Assembly (NCBI GenBank): GCA_963826785.1
Contig: CAWGYD010000008.1
Span: 224,001-288,000, forward strand
Length of the DNA: 64,000 bases
Direction of reading: 5' to 3'
DNA from: an uncultured delta proteobacterium
GTDB taxonomy: Bacteria; Desulfobacterota; Desulfobacteria; Desulfobacterales; Desulfosalsimonadaceae
Shown here piece after piece: positions 21,155-30,862 of the stretch. Position 1 is the stretch's first letter, and each line of letters opens with the position of its first letter. A program made the position numbers and the translations under genes. The notes under the pieces are model-generated. The model was not told the DNA's origin. It made no database searches and saw only the letters and a list, made by a program, of their open reading frames with translations.

Positions 21155-22141
21155 ATGGAACACCCCATGGAAGTTCTTGAAAGTGTGCGCGGGTTTATGA
21201 AAAGCCGGATTATTTTGTCGGGCGCAGAGCTTGATCTGTTTACCCTGATTCACCGGGGGGCGGATACGGTTGAGGTGCTTTCCGAAAAAACCGGGGCGGA
21301 CCGGCGGGGGCTCACCCGACTGCTGGATGCCATTGTCACCTACGGGCTGGTGGCCAAGGAAAAGAACCGGTACCGGCTCACCAACGCGGGGCTGTTTTTG
21401 TCGGCGGATCATCCGGAGAGCACCCTGCCCATGGTGATGCACATGAACGAACTGTGGAATTCCTGGAGCCGGCTCACCGAAACGGTCATCCAGGGCAAAA
21501 ATCACCAGAGGATTCCTGTTTCCAAAAAGGACGAGGCATCCATGAAGGCGTTTATCGGGGCGATGCACGTGGTCGGCCGGGGGCTTTCCCGGGAGATCGC
21601 AAACGGGCTGGACCTGTCTCCCTATACCCGTCTGCTGGACATCGGCGGCGCTTCCGGGACCTACACCATCGCATTTCTGGAGAAAAACCCGGACTTGCAC
21701 TCCGTGATCTTCGATCTGCCCCAGGTCCTTCCGCTGGCGAAAGCACGGCTGTCGGAAGAAGGGATGGCCGACCGGGTGGAGCTTGCCGGCGGCGACTTCT
21801 ATGTCGATCCCATGCCCGGCGGATGCGACCTGGCCCTGCTTTCGGCCATTATCCACCAGAACAGTCCGGAACAGAACCTGGATTTGTACAAAAAGATTTT
21901 TGAGGCGCTCCTGCCCGGGGGGACCCTTCTGATCCGGGACCACATCATGGAAGAAGACCGGATTCGGCCCGCCGGCGGTGCGATTTTTGCCATCAATATG
22001 CTGTCGGTCACCGACGGGGGCGATACCTTTACGTTTGGGGAAATCCGGGAGAGCCTGGAAGCGGCCGGATTCACAGATGTCCGGCTGATCCGCCAGGGGG
22101 AGCGGATGGACGGCATCGTGGAGGCCAAAAAACCGGCTTGA
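21155..22141 (+). CDS. SAM-dependent O-methyltransferase (dimerisation domain plus methyltransferase_2)
   Basis: LLDIGGASG, FDLPQV, GDFY, LSAIIH; GGAGG RBS. Confidence 0.92.
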   Translation: MEHPMEVLESVRGFMKSRIILSGAELDLFTLIHRGADTVEVLSEKTGADRRGLTRLLDAIVTYGLVAKEKNRYRLTNAGLFLSADHPESTLPMVMHMNELWNSWSRLTETVIQGKNHQRIPVSKKDEASMKAFIGAMHVVGRGLSREIANGLDLSPYTRLLDIGGASGTYTIAFLEKNPDLHSVIFDLPQVLPLAKARLSEEGMADRVELAGGDFYVDPMPGGCDLALLSAIIHQNSPEQNLDLYKKIFEALLPGGTLLIRDHIMEEDRIRPAGGAIFAINMLSVTDGGDTFTFGEIRESLEAAGFTDVRLIRQGERMDGIVEAKKPA

Positions 22142-22188
22142 CGGAATCGGTGACGGCTTCATGGATCAGCCGCATTCGATGCGGTTTC

Positions 22189-22572
22189 TCAGTTGTCCGG
22201 ATACACGGTGGGCTTTTCCGGGTCTTTTGATTCACGGTCTGACTTTCTGCCGATGATGCAGGCATCGAGGATGCTGATGATCCAGCAGGCCACGATGAAA
22301 TAGAAGGCTGCCCGGACAAGGGTGCTCTCAGGGGATGCTACCGCCCGGGTGGCGGCATCGGTGATGGTTTGCATATCGATGATGCCGCCCTGGGCCTGGA
22401 TCTGCGAAAGCGCCCGGATGGCGATCTTTTGCCCCTCGTAGATCATGACCCCGAGACCGGCCGCCACCGCCAGGATCAGTGCGATTCCCCGGACGTAATG
22501 TTTGAGCACGATCTGGCCAAGACCGGGCAGCACCAGGCCGGATAACAGCATTCCTCTGACTGCTTTTGACAT
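22189..22572 (-). CDS. Small membrane protein
   Basis: LSGLVLPGLGQ..RG and WIISILDA pattern; three hydrophobic segments. Confidence 0.7.
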   Translation of the reverse strand: MSKAVRGMLLSGLVLPGLGQIVLKHYVRGIALILAVAAGLGVMIYEGQKIAIRALSQIQAQGGIIDMQTITDAATRAVASPESTLVRAAFYFIVACWIISILDACIIGRKSDRESKDPEKPTVYPDN

Positions 22573-22634
22573 AAACAAACCTCGTTTGAAACTCGTTTGG
22601 AATTTAACCGGTTCCGGGGTAGCTTTCAGGTGCG

Positions 22635-22666
22635 ACACCCCCCTGGCCCCCCTCAAGGGGGGGAAT
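22635..22666. repeat. Solo CCCCCCTCAAGGGGGG-family unit
   Basis: ACACCCCCCTGGCCCCCCTCAAGGGGGGGAAT, nearly identical to 39940-39970. Confidence 0.8.
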
Positions 22667-22685
22667 CAAATATAGTTTAGCGTTG

Positions 22686-24362
22686 TCAGGTTGCCTGTTC
22701 GGGAAGCCCGGCCAGGGCGCAGGCGCAGGAGAGTTCCCCCTCTCCCCGGAGGCATGTCATTACGGCTTCTGCCAGATGTTCCCCCACCATGTTTTCCTCA
22801 TCGATGATCAGGTGGGCGCCCGCATTTTCCAGTTCCCGGTTGTGGATGTGATACCGGCTGCGGGCGATCACGGTGGAATCGGGGGCGAGCCGGCGGATGG
22901 CTTCAATGGTGAACCGGGCCGCCCGGGGATCGGGAACGGTGACCACCGCCAAACACGACGAAGACATCCCCGCATGCTCCAGCACTTCTTCCTTGCCTGC
23001 ATCTCCGATATGTACCGTAAGCCCCTTTTTCTGGGCCTGGCGTGCGGTGGTGGGCCGCATCTCGATCACCACCGGCGCCAGGCCGCCGTTTACCAGGGCA
23101 TCTGCCACCCGCTGGCCGGCAGGGCCGAACCCGATGATGAAAATGCGCCCCCCTTCCGGGGCGGCATGGCCATCTCCATGCAGGACCCCCATGGTTCCGC
23201 CGGCGATCTTCCCGATGATCATTTCGGCGATTCTCGGGGCGTAAGCGACCAGATAGGCGGACAAAAACAGGGAAACGATGGTGACCGACACGGTCCAGTC
23301 GAAGGTGTCGGCATCGATCAACCCCATGCTTTTGGCGCTGATGGCCAGCACAAACGAGAATTCCCCGATCTGGGCCAGGGTGATGCCGGTGGCCAGCGCC
23401 TGGACCCGGTCAAACTTGAAAAGCCGCACAATGACATAGATCACGATGATCTTGCCGATCATCATCAGCACCAGACCGCCGGCCACCCAGTGCAGATGAA
23501 ACATGAACCACTTCGGATTGGCCAGCAGGCCGATGGCGGTGAAAAACAGGGTGACGAACAGGGTGCGCAGGGAGCCGATATCCGCCCGGATCTGGGTGGA
23601 AAAGGGCGATTCCGCCAGCAGCATGCCGGCCAGAAAGGCCCCGAGGGCCGGAGACAATCCCACGGAGTGGGCCAGAAAAACAGAGCCCAGCGCAATCACG
23701 ATGGCCAGCAGGATGATCAGGTCGCGGCTGGTGTGCAGGGCATCGGACCTGAGAATGAAGGGGACCACGTGATAGAAGAGCACGTAGAAAAGCGCCGCCA
23801 GGCCCAGCGCGCCCAGGCCGGTCATGGCGATGGAGGTCCAGACCGCCTCTTTCGTGCCGCCCTGGCCGATCATAGTGACCATGATCACCAGCGGGATCAC
23901 CGAAATATCCTGCAGCAGCAAAATTCCCATGGCGTTTCTACCCCGGGCAGAATCGAGCGCCGACCGGTCCACCAGTACCCGCATGACCACGGCAGTGGAA
24001 GAAAGCGCCACCATCGCCCCCAGCGCCAGTGATTCGCCCAGGCTCCAGAAACGGGAAAATCCCCAGGCAAATATGGCCAGGGTGGAAGCCACCTGAAGGG
24101 TGCCGCCGATGACGGCAATGGCGCCCAGCCGTTTGAGCCGGCTGAAGGAAAACTCCAGGCCGATGGAAAACAACAGGAGGCTCACCCCGAGTTCCGCCAG
24201 CTGGAATACCGCATCGATGTTGAGCACCCAGGGGCCGATGGCCACGCCGGCCAGCAGGTATCCCACGATGGGGCTTTGCTTCAGCCGCTCGGCAACCAGC
24301 CCCAGGACAAACGCGCCGGTCAAAAGCAGCAGGATCTGGAGCAGCAGGGACCAGAATTCCAA
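22686..24362 (-). CDS. CPA2 cation:proton antiporter with a C-terminal TrkA-N/RCK domain (Kef-like)
   Basis: LLFSIGLE, ALSSTAVV, LLLQD, GAFLAG, QIGEFSFV, IIGFGPAG. Confidence 0.92.
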   Translation of the reverse strand: MEFWSLLLQILLLLTGAFVLGLVAERLKQSPIVGYLLAGVAIGPWVLNIDAVFQLAELGVSLLLFSIGLEFSFSRLKRLGAIAVIGGTLQVASTLAIFAWGFSRFWSLGESLALGAMVALSSTAVVMRVLVDRSALDSARGRNAMGILLLQDISVIPLVIMVTMIGQGGTKEAVWTSIAMTGLGALGLAALFYVLFYHVVPFILRSDALHTSRDLIILLAIVIALGSVFLAHSVGLSPALGAFLAGMLLAESPFSTQIRADIGSLRTLFVTLFFTAIGLLANPKWFMFHLHWVAGGLVLMMIGKIIVIYVIVRLFKFDRVQALATGITLAQIGEFSFVLAISAKSMGLIDADTFDWTVSVTIVSLFLSAYLVAYAPRIAEMIIGKIAGGTMGVLHGDGHAAPEGGRIFIIGFGPAGQRVADALVNGGLAPVVIEMRPTTARQAQKKGLTVHIGDAGKEEVLEHAGMSSSCLAVVTVPDPRAARFTIEAIRRLAPDSTVIARSRYHIHNRELENAGAHLIIDEENMVGEHLAEAVMTCLRGEGELSCACALAGLPEQAT

Positions 24363-24364
24363 AT

Positions 24365-25156
24365 TTATCCTCCGATGATTTTCAGTGACTCCGGAATTTT
24401 CACCACCGGTACGGGGTCCATCTTGTGACGGTTGGCGGCGTGCAGTTTCCGAAAAAGCATCAGCACCTCATGCTGACGGGGGCTCAGGGCGGATTCATTG
24501 CCCCCGGCGGCCTCAAACGTCATGGCCCATTCCAGTTCGTCATAGGTGGCGCCCAGCTGATCTTCGTCGGAGCGGTTGTCATGCCAGAGCCCATCGGTGG
24601 GCGGCGCGCTGATGATCCCCTCGATGATGCCCAGGGACCGGCCCAGGGCGTACACCTCGGATTTCATCAGGTCCCCGATGGGAAGCAGGTCCACGCCGCC
24701 GTCGCCGTATTTGGTGTAGAACCCCACCCCGAAATCCTCCACCTTGTTGCCGGTACCGGCCACGAGCAGGTTGTGATGGCCGGAGAACGCATACAGGGTG
24801 AGCATTCGAAGCCGGGCGCGGGTATTGGCCATGGTGAGGTGATCCTGGAGTTCGGCGGGGATTGTCTGGTGGATGGCATCAAATACGGGGGATAAATCCA
24901 CTTCGACGCCCTTTACCCCCGGATAATTGGACTCCAGCCATTTGATATGCCGGCTGGAAAGCAAAAACTGGTCCTTGGCCTGGTAGATGGGCATATTCAG
25001 GACATAGACCGGCCTGCCCGTCCTGGCGCAAAGGGTGGAGGTGACCGCCGAATCGATGCCGCCGGAAACCCCGGCCACAAATCCCCGCATGGCGGAATGT
25101 TCGCAGTAGGTATTGAGCCAATCCACAATGTAGTCGATTACGTTTTCCGTTTGCAT
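24365..25156 (-). CDS. nadE: NH3-dependent NAD+ synthetase
   Basis: GVSGGIDSAV, NTRARLRM, GTGNKVE, FYTKYGDGG, PPTDGL, DEDQLG. Confidence 0.95.
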   Translation of the reverse strand: MQTENVIDYIVDWLNTYCEHSAMRGFVAGVSGGIDSAVTSTLCARTGRPVYVLNMPIYQAKDQFLLSSRHIKWLESNYPGVKGVEVDLSPVFDAIHQTIPAELQDHLTMANTRARLRMLTLYAFSGHHNLLVAGTGNKVEDFGVGFYTKYGDGGVDLLPIGDLMKSEVYALGRSLGIIEGIISAPPTDGLWHDNRSDEDQLGATYDELEWAMTFEAAGGNESALSPRQHEVLMLFRKLHAANRHKMDPVPVVKIPESLKIIGG

Positions 25157-25264
25157 AGTTTTTCCCCTATGACCCCTTTAGTTCTCGTGGCGAGTTCCTT
25201 GAAAGTCCCCCCCGGCAATGTTTTTGCAGTAATGAACTTTCGCATCCAAACGGCCGTCGCCGGT

Positions 25265-25522
25265 ACACCCCCCTTTAATTCCCCCCTCAAGGGGGGATTA
25301 GGCCTTGAAATTAAGATCAAATCCCCCCATTGAGGGTCCTATTGAGGAGGGACTCTTTTTTATTTCCCCCCTGCGAAGGGGGGACTCCTTTTTATTCCCC
25401 CCCCCTGCGAAAAGGGACTCCTTTTTTATCCCCCCCTGCGAAGGGGGACTCCTTTTTTTATTCCCCCCCTGCGAAGGGGGACTCCTTTTTTATTCCCCCC
25501 TCGAGGGGGGTCAGGGGGGTGT
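25265..25522. repeat. CCCCCCTCRAGGGGGG-family element containing five tandem ~31-bp units (GGGGGACTCCTTTTTTATTCCCCCCTGCGAA)
   Basis: Contiguous units at about 25347-25504 with no unique spacers, bounded by ACACCCCCC...GGGGGGTGT. Confidence 0.85.
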
Positions 25523-25830
25523 ACGGACCTGCGGAAACAAAGAATGAAATTAATTAAACCACTTGCCGAGTAAGTTCTTTAAAAGCTCGAATCTCTTCGC
25601 CCATATGCAAAGACCGCAAAGGTATGTGTTTGCAAGTCAATCCTAACCCGTACGGCCTTGTCGCGCAACCTCCGCATTAAACCGTGTATACGCCATTTTA
25701 AATCATTTTGCCATTCCATTTCATGTTCAGCGCCAACAGCGTTGGCTGCGCCATCAGCTTCCCGATGTACTTTCCTGTGGGCTTTATCGCCCCTTCCTGC
25801 CGCCGGGGACCTATATGCAAATATACAATT

Positions 25831-25899
25831 TGGTAATTTTTAGTTATTTTTAGTAATTAATTTCTAATTATTTGACATAAAATATCACTTTAAGATAAT
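25831..25899 (+). promoter_or_regulatory. Three 10-bp direct repeats (TGGTAATTTT/TAGTTATTTT/TAGTAATTAA) just upstream of a TTGACA-N16-GATAAT promoter
   Basis: Repeats at 25831-25860; TTGACA at 25872-25877; AT-rich region before the porin gene. Confidence 0.5.
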
Positions 25900-25945
25900 T
25901 ATTAACTTCTTTTAACTTTTATGCCTCCCCTGGAGAAAAAAAACG

Positions 25946-27247
25946 ATGAACTGTTTGAATTGGCGAAGCGCAATCATGGCTCTTCTTTTATGCCTTCTTC
26001 TGGTCCCCTCCCCTGCTGTTTTTGCGCAAGCCCAGACCGCCGGAAACGTATTGAACATCAATCTGGCCACCCCGCTGTCGGATGAAGCGATCACCTTTGT
26101 CCTGGGGGGCGTATTCCAGACCGATTACCGTTACTATATGAACGAAAACCAGGACGACAACCGCTTTTTGATCCGGCGGGCGCAGCTGGAACTGACCGGG
26201 TATGTCCGATCCTGGCTGAAGCTCAATCTGGAATACGAATTCAAAAACGACGTAAACGATCACCTGATGGACACCTTTGCGGAAATCGAGTTTAATAATC
26301 AGGCCCTGCGCATCGGTCATTTCAAGAAACCCTTCGGCCTGGAATGGCAGACTCCGGAATCCGCCATCTTTTTTGCCGAACGATCCATGGGCTATTATCT
26401 CACCCCTCACCGGGATGTGGGACTCGCTCTGGGGGGATCGCTTTTAGACGAGCACCTGTTCTATGCAGGCGGCCTGTTCAACGCCGAAGGCGAAAACGTA
26501 ACCAACCGGGGCGACGGCAACGATGATCCCGAGGCGCTTGCACGGATTGTCGCTGCCCCATTTTCCGGCATGGATGCGGACTGGCTCCGGCAGCTGCAGT
26601 TTGGCGGATCGGCATCCTGGGCCCGCATCAATCTGTCCAACCTGGATGTCGAGGTCAAAACCACCGGAATGGTGGGAACGAGCCGAAATATTTTCGTGCT
26701 CTCCCACGACACCAAATTCGGCGTACTCCAGGAGGCGGACAAACGCCTTCGGTATGGCGCCGAGGCGGCCTGGGCCTATGCCTCCCTTGCCCTGCAGGCG
26801 GAATTTATCCATTTGACCTATACGGACCTGAAGCCGGCTACCGGCCCGGCCCGGGACGCGGATTTTTCCAACTGGTATGCCAGTGCGATCTATTTTCCCA
26901 CCGGTGAAGCGCTCGAATTTGTCCGGTCGGTCCCCGAAAGGGTTGTCCCCCTGAGGCCCTTTAACCCCTCCGTCGGCGGATGGGGCGCTCTGGGGCTTGC
27001 GCTCCGGTATTCTCATTTCAATGGAGATGAGGACTGGATTCAGCCGGGCACCTATGTCTCGGTGGCAGATGCGGATGCATGGAGTCTGGCGATCAACTGG
27101 ATCCTGCTGCCCATGCACCGCATCGTGCTTGACTACACCCATACGGACCTGTCCGACCCCATCCGGGTGCGGGTTCACCCGGACGGATCGGTGGATTACA
27201 TCAACGATGAAGAGGTGCTGGTGCTCCGATATTCAATCGATTTCTGA
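25946..27247 (+). CDS. Outer-membrane porin, OprO/OprP (phosphate/oxyanion-selective)-like
   Basis: Signal peptide; FLIRRAQL, RIGHFKKPFGLE, FFAERS, RDVG; amphipathic strands; C-terminal Phe. Confidence 0.85.
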   Translation: MNCLNWRSAIMALLLCLLLVPSPAVFAQAQTAGNVLNINLATPLSDEAITFVLGGVFQTDYRYYMNENQDDNRFLIRRAQLELTGYVRSWLKLNLEYEFKNDVNDHLMDTFAEIEFNNQALRIGHFKKPFGLEWQTPESAIFFAERSMGYYLTPHRDVGLALGGSLLDEHLFYAGGLFNAEGENVTNRGDGNDDPEALARIVAAPFSGMDADWLRQLQFGGSASWARINLSNLDVEVKTTGMVGTSRNIFVLSHDTKFGVLQEADKRLRYGAEAAWAYASLALQAEFIHLTYTDLKPATGPARDADFSNWYASAIYFPTGEALEFVRSVPERVVPLRPFNPSVGGWGALGLALRYSHFNGDEDWIQPGTYVSVADADAWSLAINWILLPMHRIVLDYTHTDLSDPIRVRVHPDGSVDYINDEEVLVLRYSIDF

Positions 27248-27272
27248 AATCATCTAATAATCAAAAGGAGGA

Positions 27273-29009
27273 ATGATGAAAACCCGAAAATTAATCGGAT
27301 TATTGACGGCGGTGCTGTTATCCATGGCTGCCGTGGCTTATGCCGCCTATCACCACGAAGGGGAAATGGATGCGAACAAGTTTTTAGCCGCCTACCCGGA
27401 TACTGCGGGGACCAAACTGGACCACTGTGCCTTGTGCCACGGCGGCGGGGAATATGAAAGCAAGGGGAAAATGGTTTCCCTGGGCAGCTGCCAGTGGTGC
27501 CACTACGCTTACGGATATGACGGCGCCGGTGAGATCGAGGAGACCATCAACGCATACGGCGCCGCCTACAAGGCCGCCGGCCGGAATGCGGCTGCAGTGG
27601 CCTCCATCGATGCCCTGGATTCAGACAACGATGGATACACCAATGCGGAAGAAATCGCGGCCATGACATTTCCGGGCAGCGCCGGCGATCATCCGGGACT
27701 CGGCCAGGCCCCCTACCGCATCTACACCCGGGCGCAGCTCGAGGCCATGGATCAGCATACCCAGTTTCTGCTCATGAGCGGTTCGCGTTCCGATGACGAT
27801 TACACCGAATATACCGGCGTGCCCATGAAAGATCTGTTAGACGATGCCGGCATCACGGAATCGGCCACGGGGATCACGGTATTCGCCCCGGACGGATGGG
27901 CGCAGTACCATCCCCTATATTATGATGAAGATCCCGAACTGTACCACGTCTACGGCAACATGCCGGGCGCCGCATACCAGTATCCGCCCGCAAATTTTTA
28001 CTATAACCAGGAGGCGGACCTGAGCCTGAACCCGGATTACGGATGGGCCAACTACAGCGCCCCGTCCTGCGCCGGGCGGTCCAACGGCGACGCCATCAAT
28101 GTGGACGGCGGCCTGAAAGCGCTACTGGCCATCACCCGGGAGGGGACCTACCTCGATCCGGGGGTATTGTCCACTGAAAACAAGCTCGACGGCGAAGGCC
28201 CGTTCCGGGTGGTGGTTCCCCAGAAAACAGCCACCCCCCCGGACCAGTCCAGCCGGGCCGATGAGCAGGAGGTGGTCTGGCCGTATGAAAATGACTGGGA
28301 CCACAACGCCGGGTCCTGTTCACGCTCGGCGACCATCATCCGGGTAGAGCCCATGCCCGAAGGCACCACTGATATCGATATCCTGGAAGCCGGCTGGAAT
28401 TACGTGGACCAGGAGAAGGTCATCCTCTATGGGGCCATCGACGGAACCGACTCCAACGGAAACGGCGTACTGGACAGCGAAGAAAAGATCGATGATCAGA
28501 GTGATAATGACAATGACGGCACCCCTGACTATATGGATACGGATACCGCGCGGGTGCGCGAGGCCACCGGCGGGGGAACGATCCTGATTCACTGCGACAA
28601 AGGCGACCTGGTGCAGGTGGCGGCTTTCGGAGCAGATGACCCCGCAGTCAGCGAAACCGGTAAACCGGCCATCGCGTTTCCCCATGGCGCCCTGCGCTTC
28701 AACATTACCGGCATCACCCCCGGCGCTTTTGTGGATGTGAAAATCGAGTTCCCGGAAGATGTCCCCAAAGATGCCGAACTTTATAAAATTACCGATGCCG
28801 GCTGGCAGAAGCTGGATTTTGGCAGCAACAACGGAGATGCAACCATCACGGTCAGACTGACCGACGGCGACCCGGCTACGGATGCCGACGGCATGGTCAA
28901 CGGCATCATCGTGGACCCGAGCGCCCTGGGTGTGCCGGAAGGTTCCGGCAACGAGAATGGGGGCGGCGATGATGGCGGGACATGCTTCATCATGACCGTT
29001 TTAAAATAG
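27273..29009 (+). CDS. Exported diheme c-type cytochrome with a GEGP motif, a sulfite-oxidase-like (Oxidored_molyb) fold region, Asp-rich repeats, a choice-of-anchor-U-like domain and a CFI-box C-terminal sorting signal
   Basis: Sec-type signal; CALCH and CQWCH; YTGVPMKDLLDDAG..VFAPDG and DGEGPFRVVVP; DxDxDG repeats; LTDG..DADG..NGIIVDP; ends GGGDDGGTCFIMTVLK. Confidence 0.75.
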   Translation: MMKTRKLIGLLTAVLLSMAAVAYAAYHHEGEMDANKFLAAYPDTAGTKLDHCALCHGGGEYESKGKMVSLGSCQWCHYAYGYDGAGEIEETINAYGAAYKAAGRNAAAVASIDALDSDNDGYTNAEEIAAMTFPGSAGDHPGLGQAPYRIYTRAQLEAMDQHTQFLLMSGSRSDDDYTEYTGVPMKDLLDDAGITESATGITVFAPDGWAQYHPLYYDEDPELYHVYGNMPGAAYQYPPANFYYNQEADLSLNPDYGWANYSAPSCAGRSNGDAINVDGGLKALLAITREGTYLDPGVLSTENKLDGEGPFRVVVPQKTATPPDQSSRADEQEVVWPYENDWDHNAGSCSRSATIIRVEPMPEGTTDIDILEAGWNYVDQEKVILYGAIDGTDSNGNGVLDSEEKIDDQSDNDNDGTPDYMDTDTARVREATGGGTILIHCDKGDLVQVAAFGADDPAVSETGKPAIAFPHGALRFNITGITPGAFVDVKIEFPEDVPKDAELYKITDAGWQKLDFGSNNGDATITVRLTDGDPATDADGMVNGIIVDPSALGVPEGSGNENGGGDDGGTCFIMTVLK

Positions 29010-29031
29010 GAAAAATAACATCTTAAACGGA

Positions 29032-29060
29032 TTGACGGCTTTACGCGCAATCGATATAAC
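29032..29060 (+). promoter_or_regulatory. Sigma70-like promoter for tupAB
   Basis: TTGACG-N17-TATAAC. Confidence 0.55.
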
Positions 29061-29128
29061 CGGGGGCATTGTGAGCGCAATCGCATGCCCCCTTACTTTC
29101 AACGATGATTCGTTGCGGAGAAATACGT

Positions 29129-30021
29129 ATGAAGCGCCATTTTCAAGTTTTGATGATCCTGCTGGTCATTCTTTGCTGAGCGGAATCGCTTCTGCCGAAG
29201 ACAAGGTCATCAAGATGTCCACCACCACCAGCACCCGGGATTCGGGGCTGCTGGATGTTTTGCTGCCGGCATTTGAAAAAGACACCGGCATTCAGGTCAA
29301 AGTGATCGCCAAGGGGACCGGCGCGGCCATCCGCGACGGCATGGACGGCAACGTGGACATCATCTTTGTTCACGCGAAAGACCGCGAGGAGAAGTTCGTG
29401 GCCGATGGCTACGGAACGAAACGATATGCCGTCATGCACAATGACTTTGTCATCGCGGGCCCCCCTTCCGATCCCGCCGGGATCGAAGGCATGCGAAATG
29501 CGGCCGGCGCATTTGAAAAGATTGCGGCAAAAGAGGCGACTTTTATTTCCCGGGGCGATGATTCCGGCACCCACACCAAGGAGCAGGATATCTGGAAGCA
29601 GAGCCATGTGCCGCTTGAAACCAAGACCACTGAGTTGGTCAAGGACGGAAAGGTCAGCCGCATTTCTTTTGTTTTTCCCAAAGACTCCCGGAACTGGTAC
29701 CTGTCCATCGGCCAGGGAATGGGGACGACCCTGACCATGGCGGCGGAGAAGCAGGCGTATGCCCTGACGGATCGGGGGACCTTCCTGGAATACAAGCTGG
29801 GCCGGAAAATGGGTCTCGATCTGGACATCCTGTGTGAAAAGGATCCCCTGTTGAACAATCCGTACGGCCTGATACCGGTCAACCCCGAAAAATTTCCGCA
29901 TGTCCGGTACGAACTGGCCCGGCAGTTTGCCGACTGGATGATGTCCGGAAAAGCCCAATCCATGATCGCCGATTATAAAGTTCAGGGAAAGCCGCTTTTT
30001 TATCCGGATGCGATGAAATAA
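29129..30021 (+). CDS. tupA: Tungstate ABC transporter substrate-binding protein; 1-nt deletion in the signal-peptide region near 29172
   Basis: TTTS signature (STTTSTRDSGLL), GTGAA, SRGDDSGTH, GQGMG, TDRGT; adding one T fuses MKRHFQVLMILLVIL to LLSGIASAEDK. Confidence 0.9.
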
Positions 30022-30075
30022 CAGCGTTTTCGGTACCTATCTGAAGCGAAGACGCAAAGAGGGGCATAACATCCC

Positions 30076-30774
30076 ATGTTCATCGACGGACTTTTATCCG
30101 CTTTCCAGCTGATTTTCTCACTGGATGCCGAGCTGCTCGAAATCGTATGGGTGTCGCTGAAGGTCAGTTTCAGCGCCACCCTGATTTCCGCTGCTTTGGG
30201 AATTCCTGCGGCCTTTGCCATCTTCATCCGAAAATTTTTCCTCAAACGGGCGCTCATCACCCTTTTAAACACCCTGCTGGCGCTCCCCACCGTGGTCATC
30301 GGCCTGTTCGTGTACGCATTTATCTCCAGAAAAGGCATTCTCGGCTCGTTTGATCTGCTCTATACCCAGCAGGCCATCATCATCGGCCAGGTCATCCTGA
30401 TCTTTCCCATTGTCACCTCGTTTACCCTGTCCGCCCTGAGCCGGATCGATCCCCGCTACCTAAAAACCGCCCTGACCCTGGGGGCCAACCGCTACCAGGC
30501 CTCCCTGGTGCTGATGCGGGAGGCGCGGTTTGCCATCATGGCCGCCGTTGTGGCCGCATTCGGACGGGTGATCTCCGAGATCGGCATCAGCATGATGCTG
30601 GGGGGAAACATCCGGGGGTTCACCCGGACCATGACCACGGCCATGGCCCTGCAGTACGACAAAGGGGAATTTATCCTCGCATTCGCCCTGGGCATCGTCC
30701 TTTTGGCCATCTGCCTGCTGGTCAATATCGCCCTCAACCATTTCCAGGGCCAGATGCCGGATCAATCGGCTTAG
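30076..30774 (+). CDS. tupB: Tungstate ABC transporter permease
   Basis: LALPTVVIGL, FGRVISEIG, MMLGGNIRGFTRTMTTA. Confidence 0.92.
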   Translation: MFIDGLLSAFQLIFSLDAELLEIVWVSLKVSFSATLISAALGIPAAFAIFIRKFFLKRALITLLNTLLALPTVVIGLFVYAFISRKGILGSFDLLYTQQAIIIGQVILIFPIVTSFTLSALSRIDPRYLKTALTLGANRYQASLVLMREARFAIMAAVVAAFGRVISEIGISMMLGGNIRGFTRTMTTAMALQYDKGEFILAFALGIVLLAICLLVNIALNHFQGQMPDQSA

Positions 30775-30862
30775 ATTTGCCCTTTCCCCGCCCTTTCCCA
30801 TCCGGTTATTGACCCTTTGCGCATAACCCGCTATATTCGCCTATATTTTTTCGGGAGGAAAC

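Noticed and set aside
25347..25504. Possible CRISPR array
   Set aside because: Units are contiguous with no unique spacers, vary only in homopolymer length, and no cas genes are present
29170..29182. TGA after Cys in the tupA leader as selenocysteine
   Set aside because: Read-through would not restore the TupA frame, whereas one extra T does
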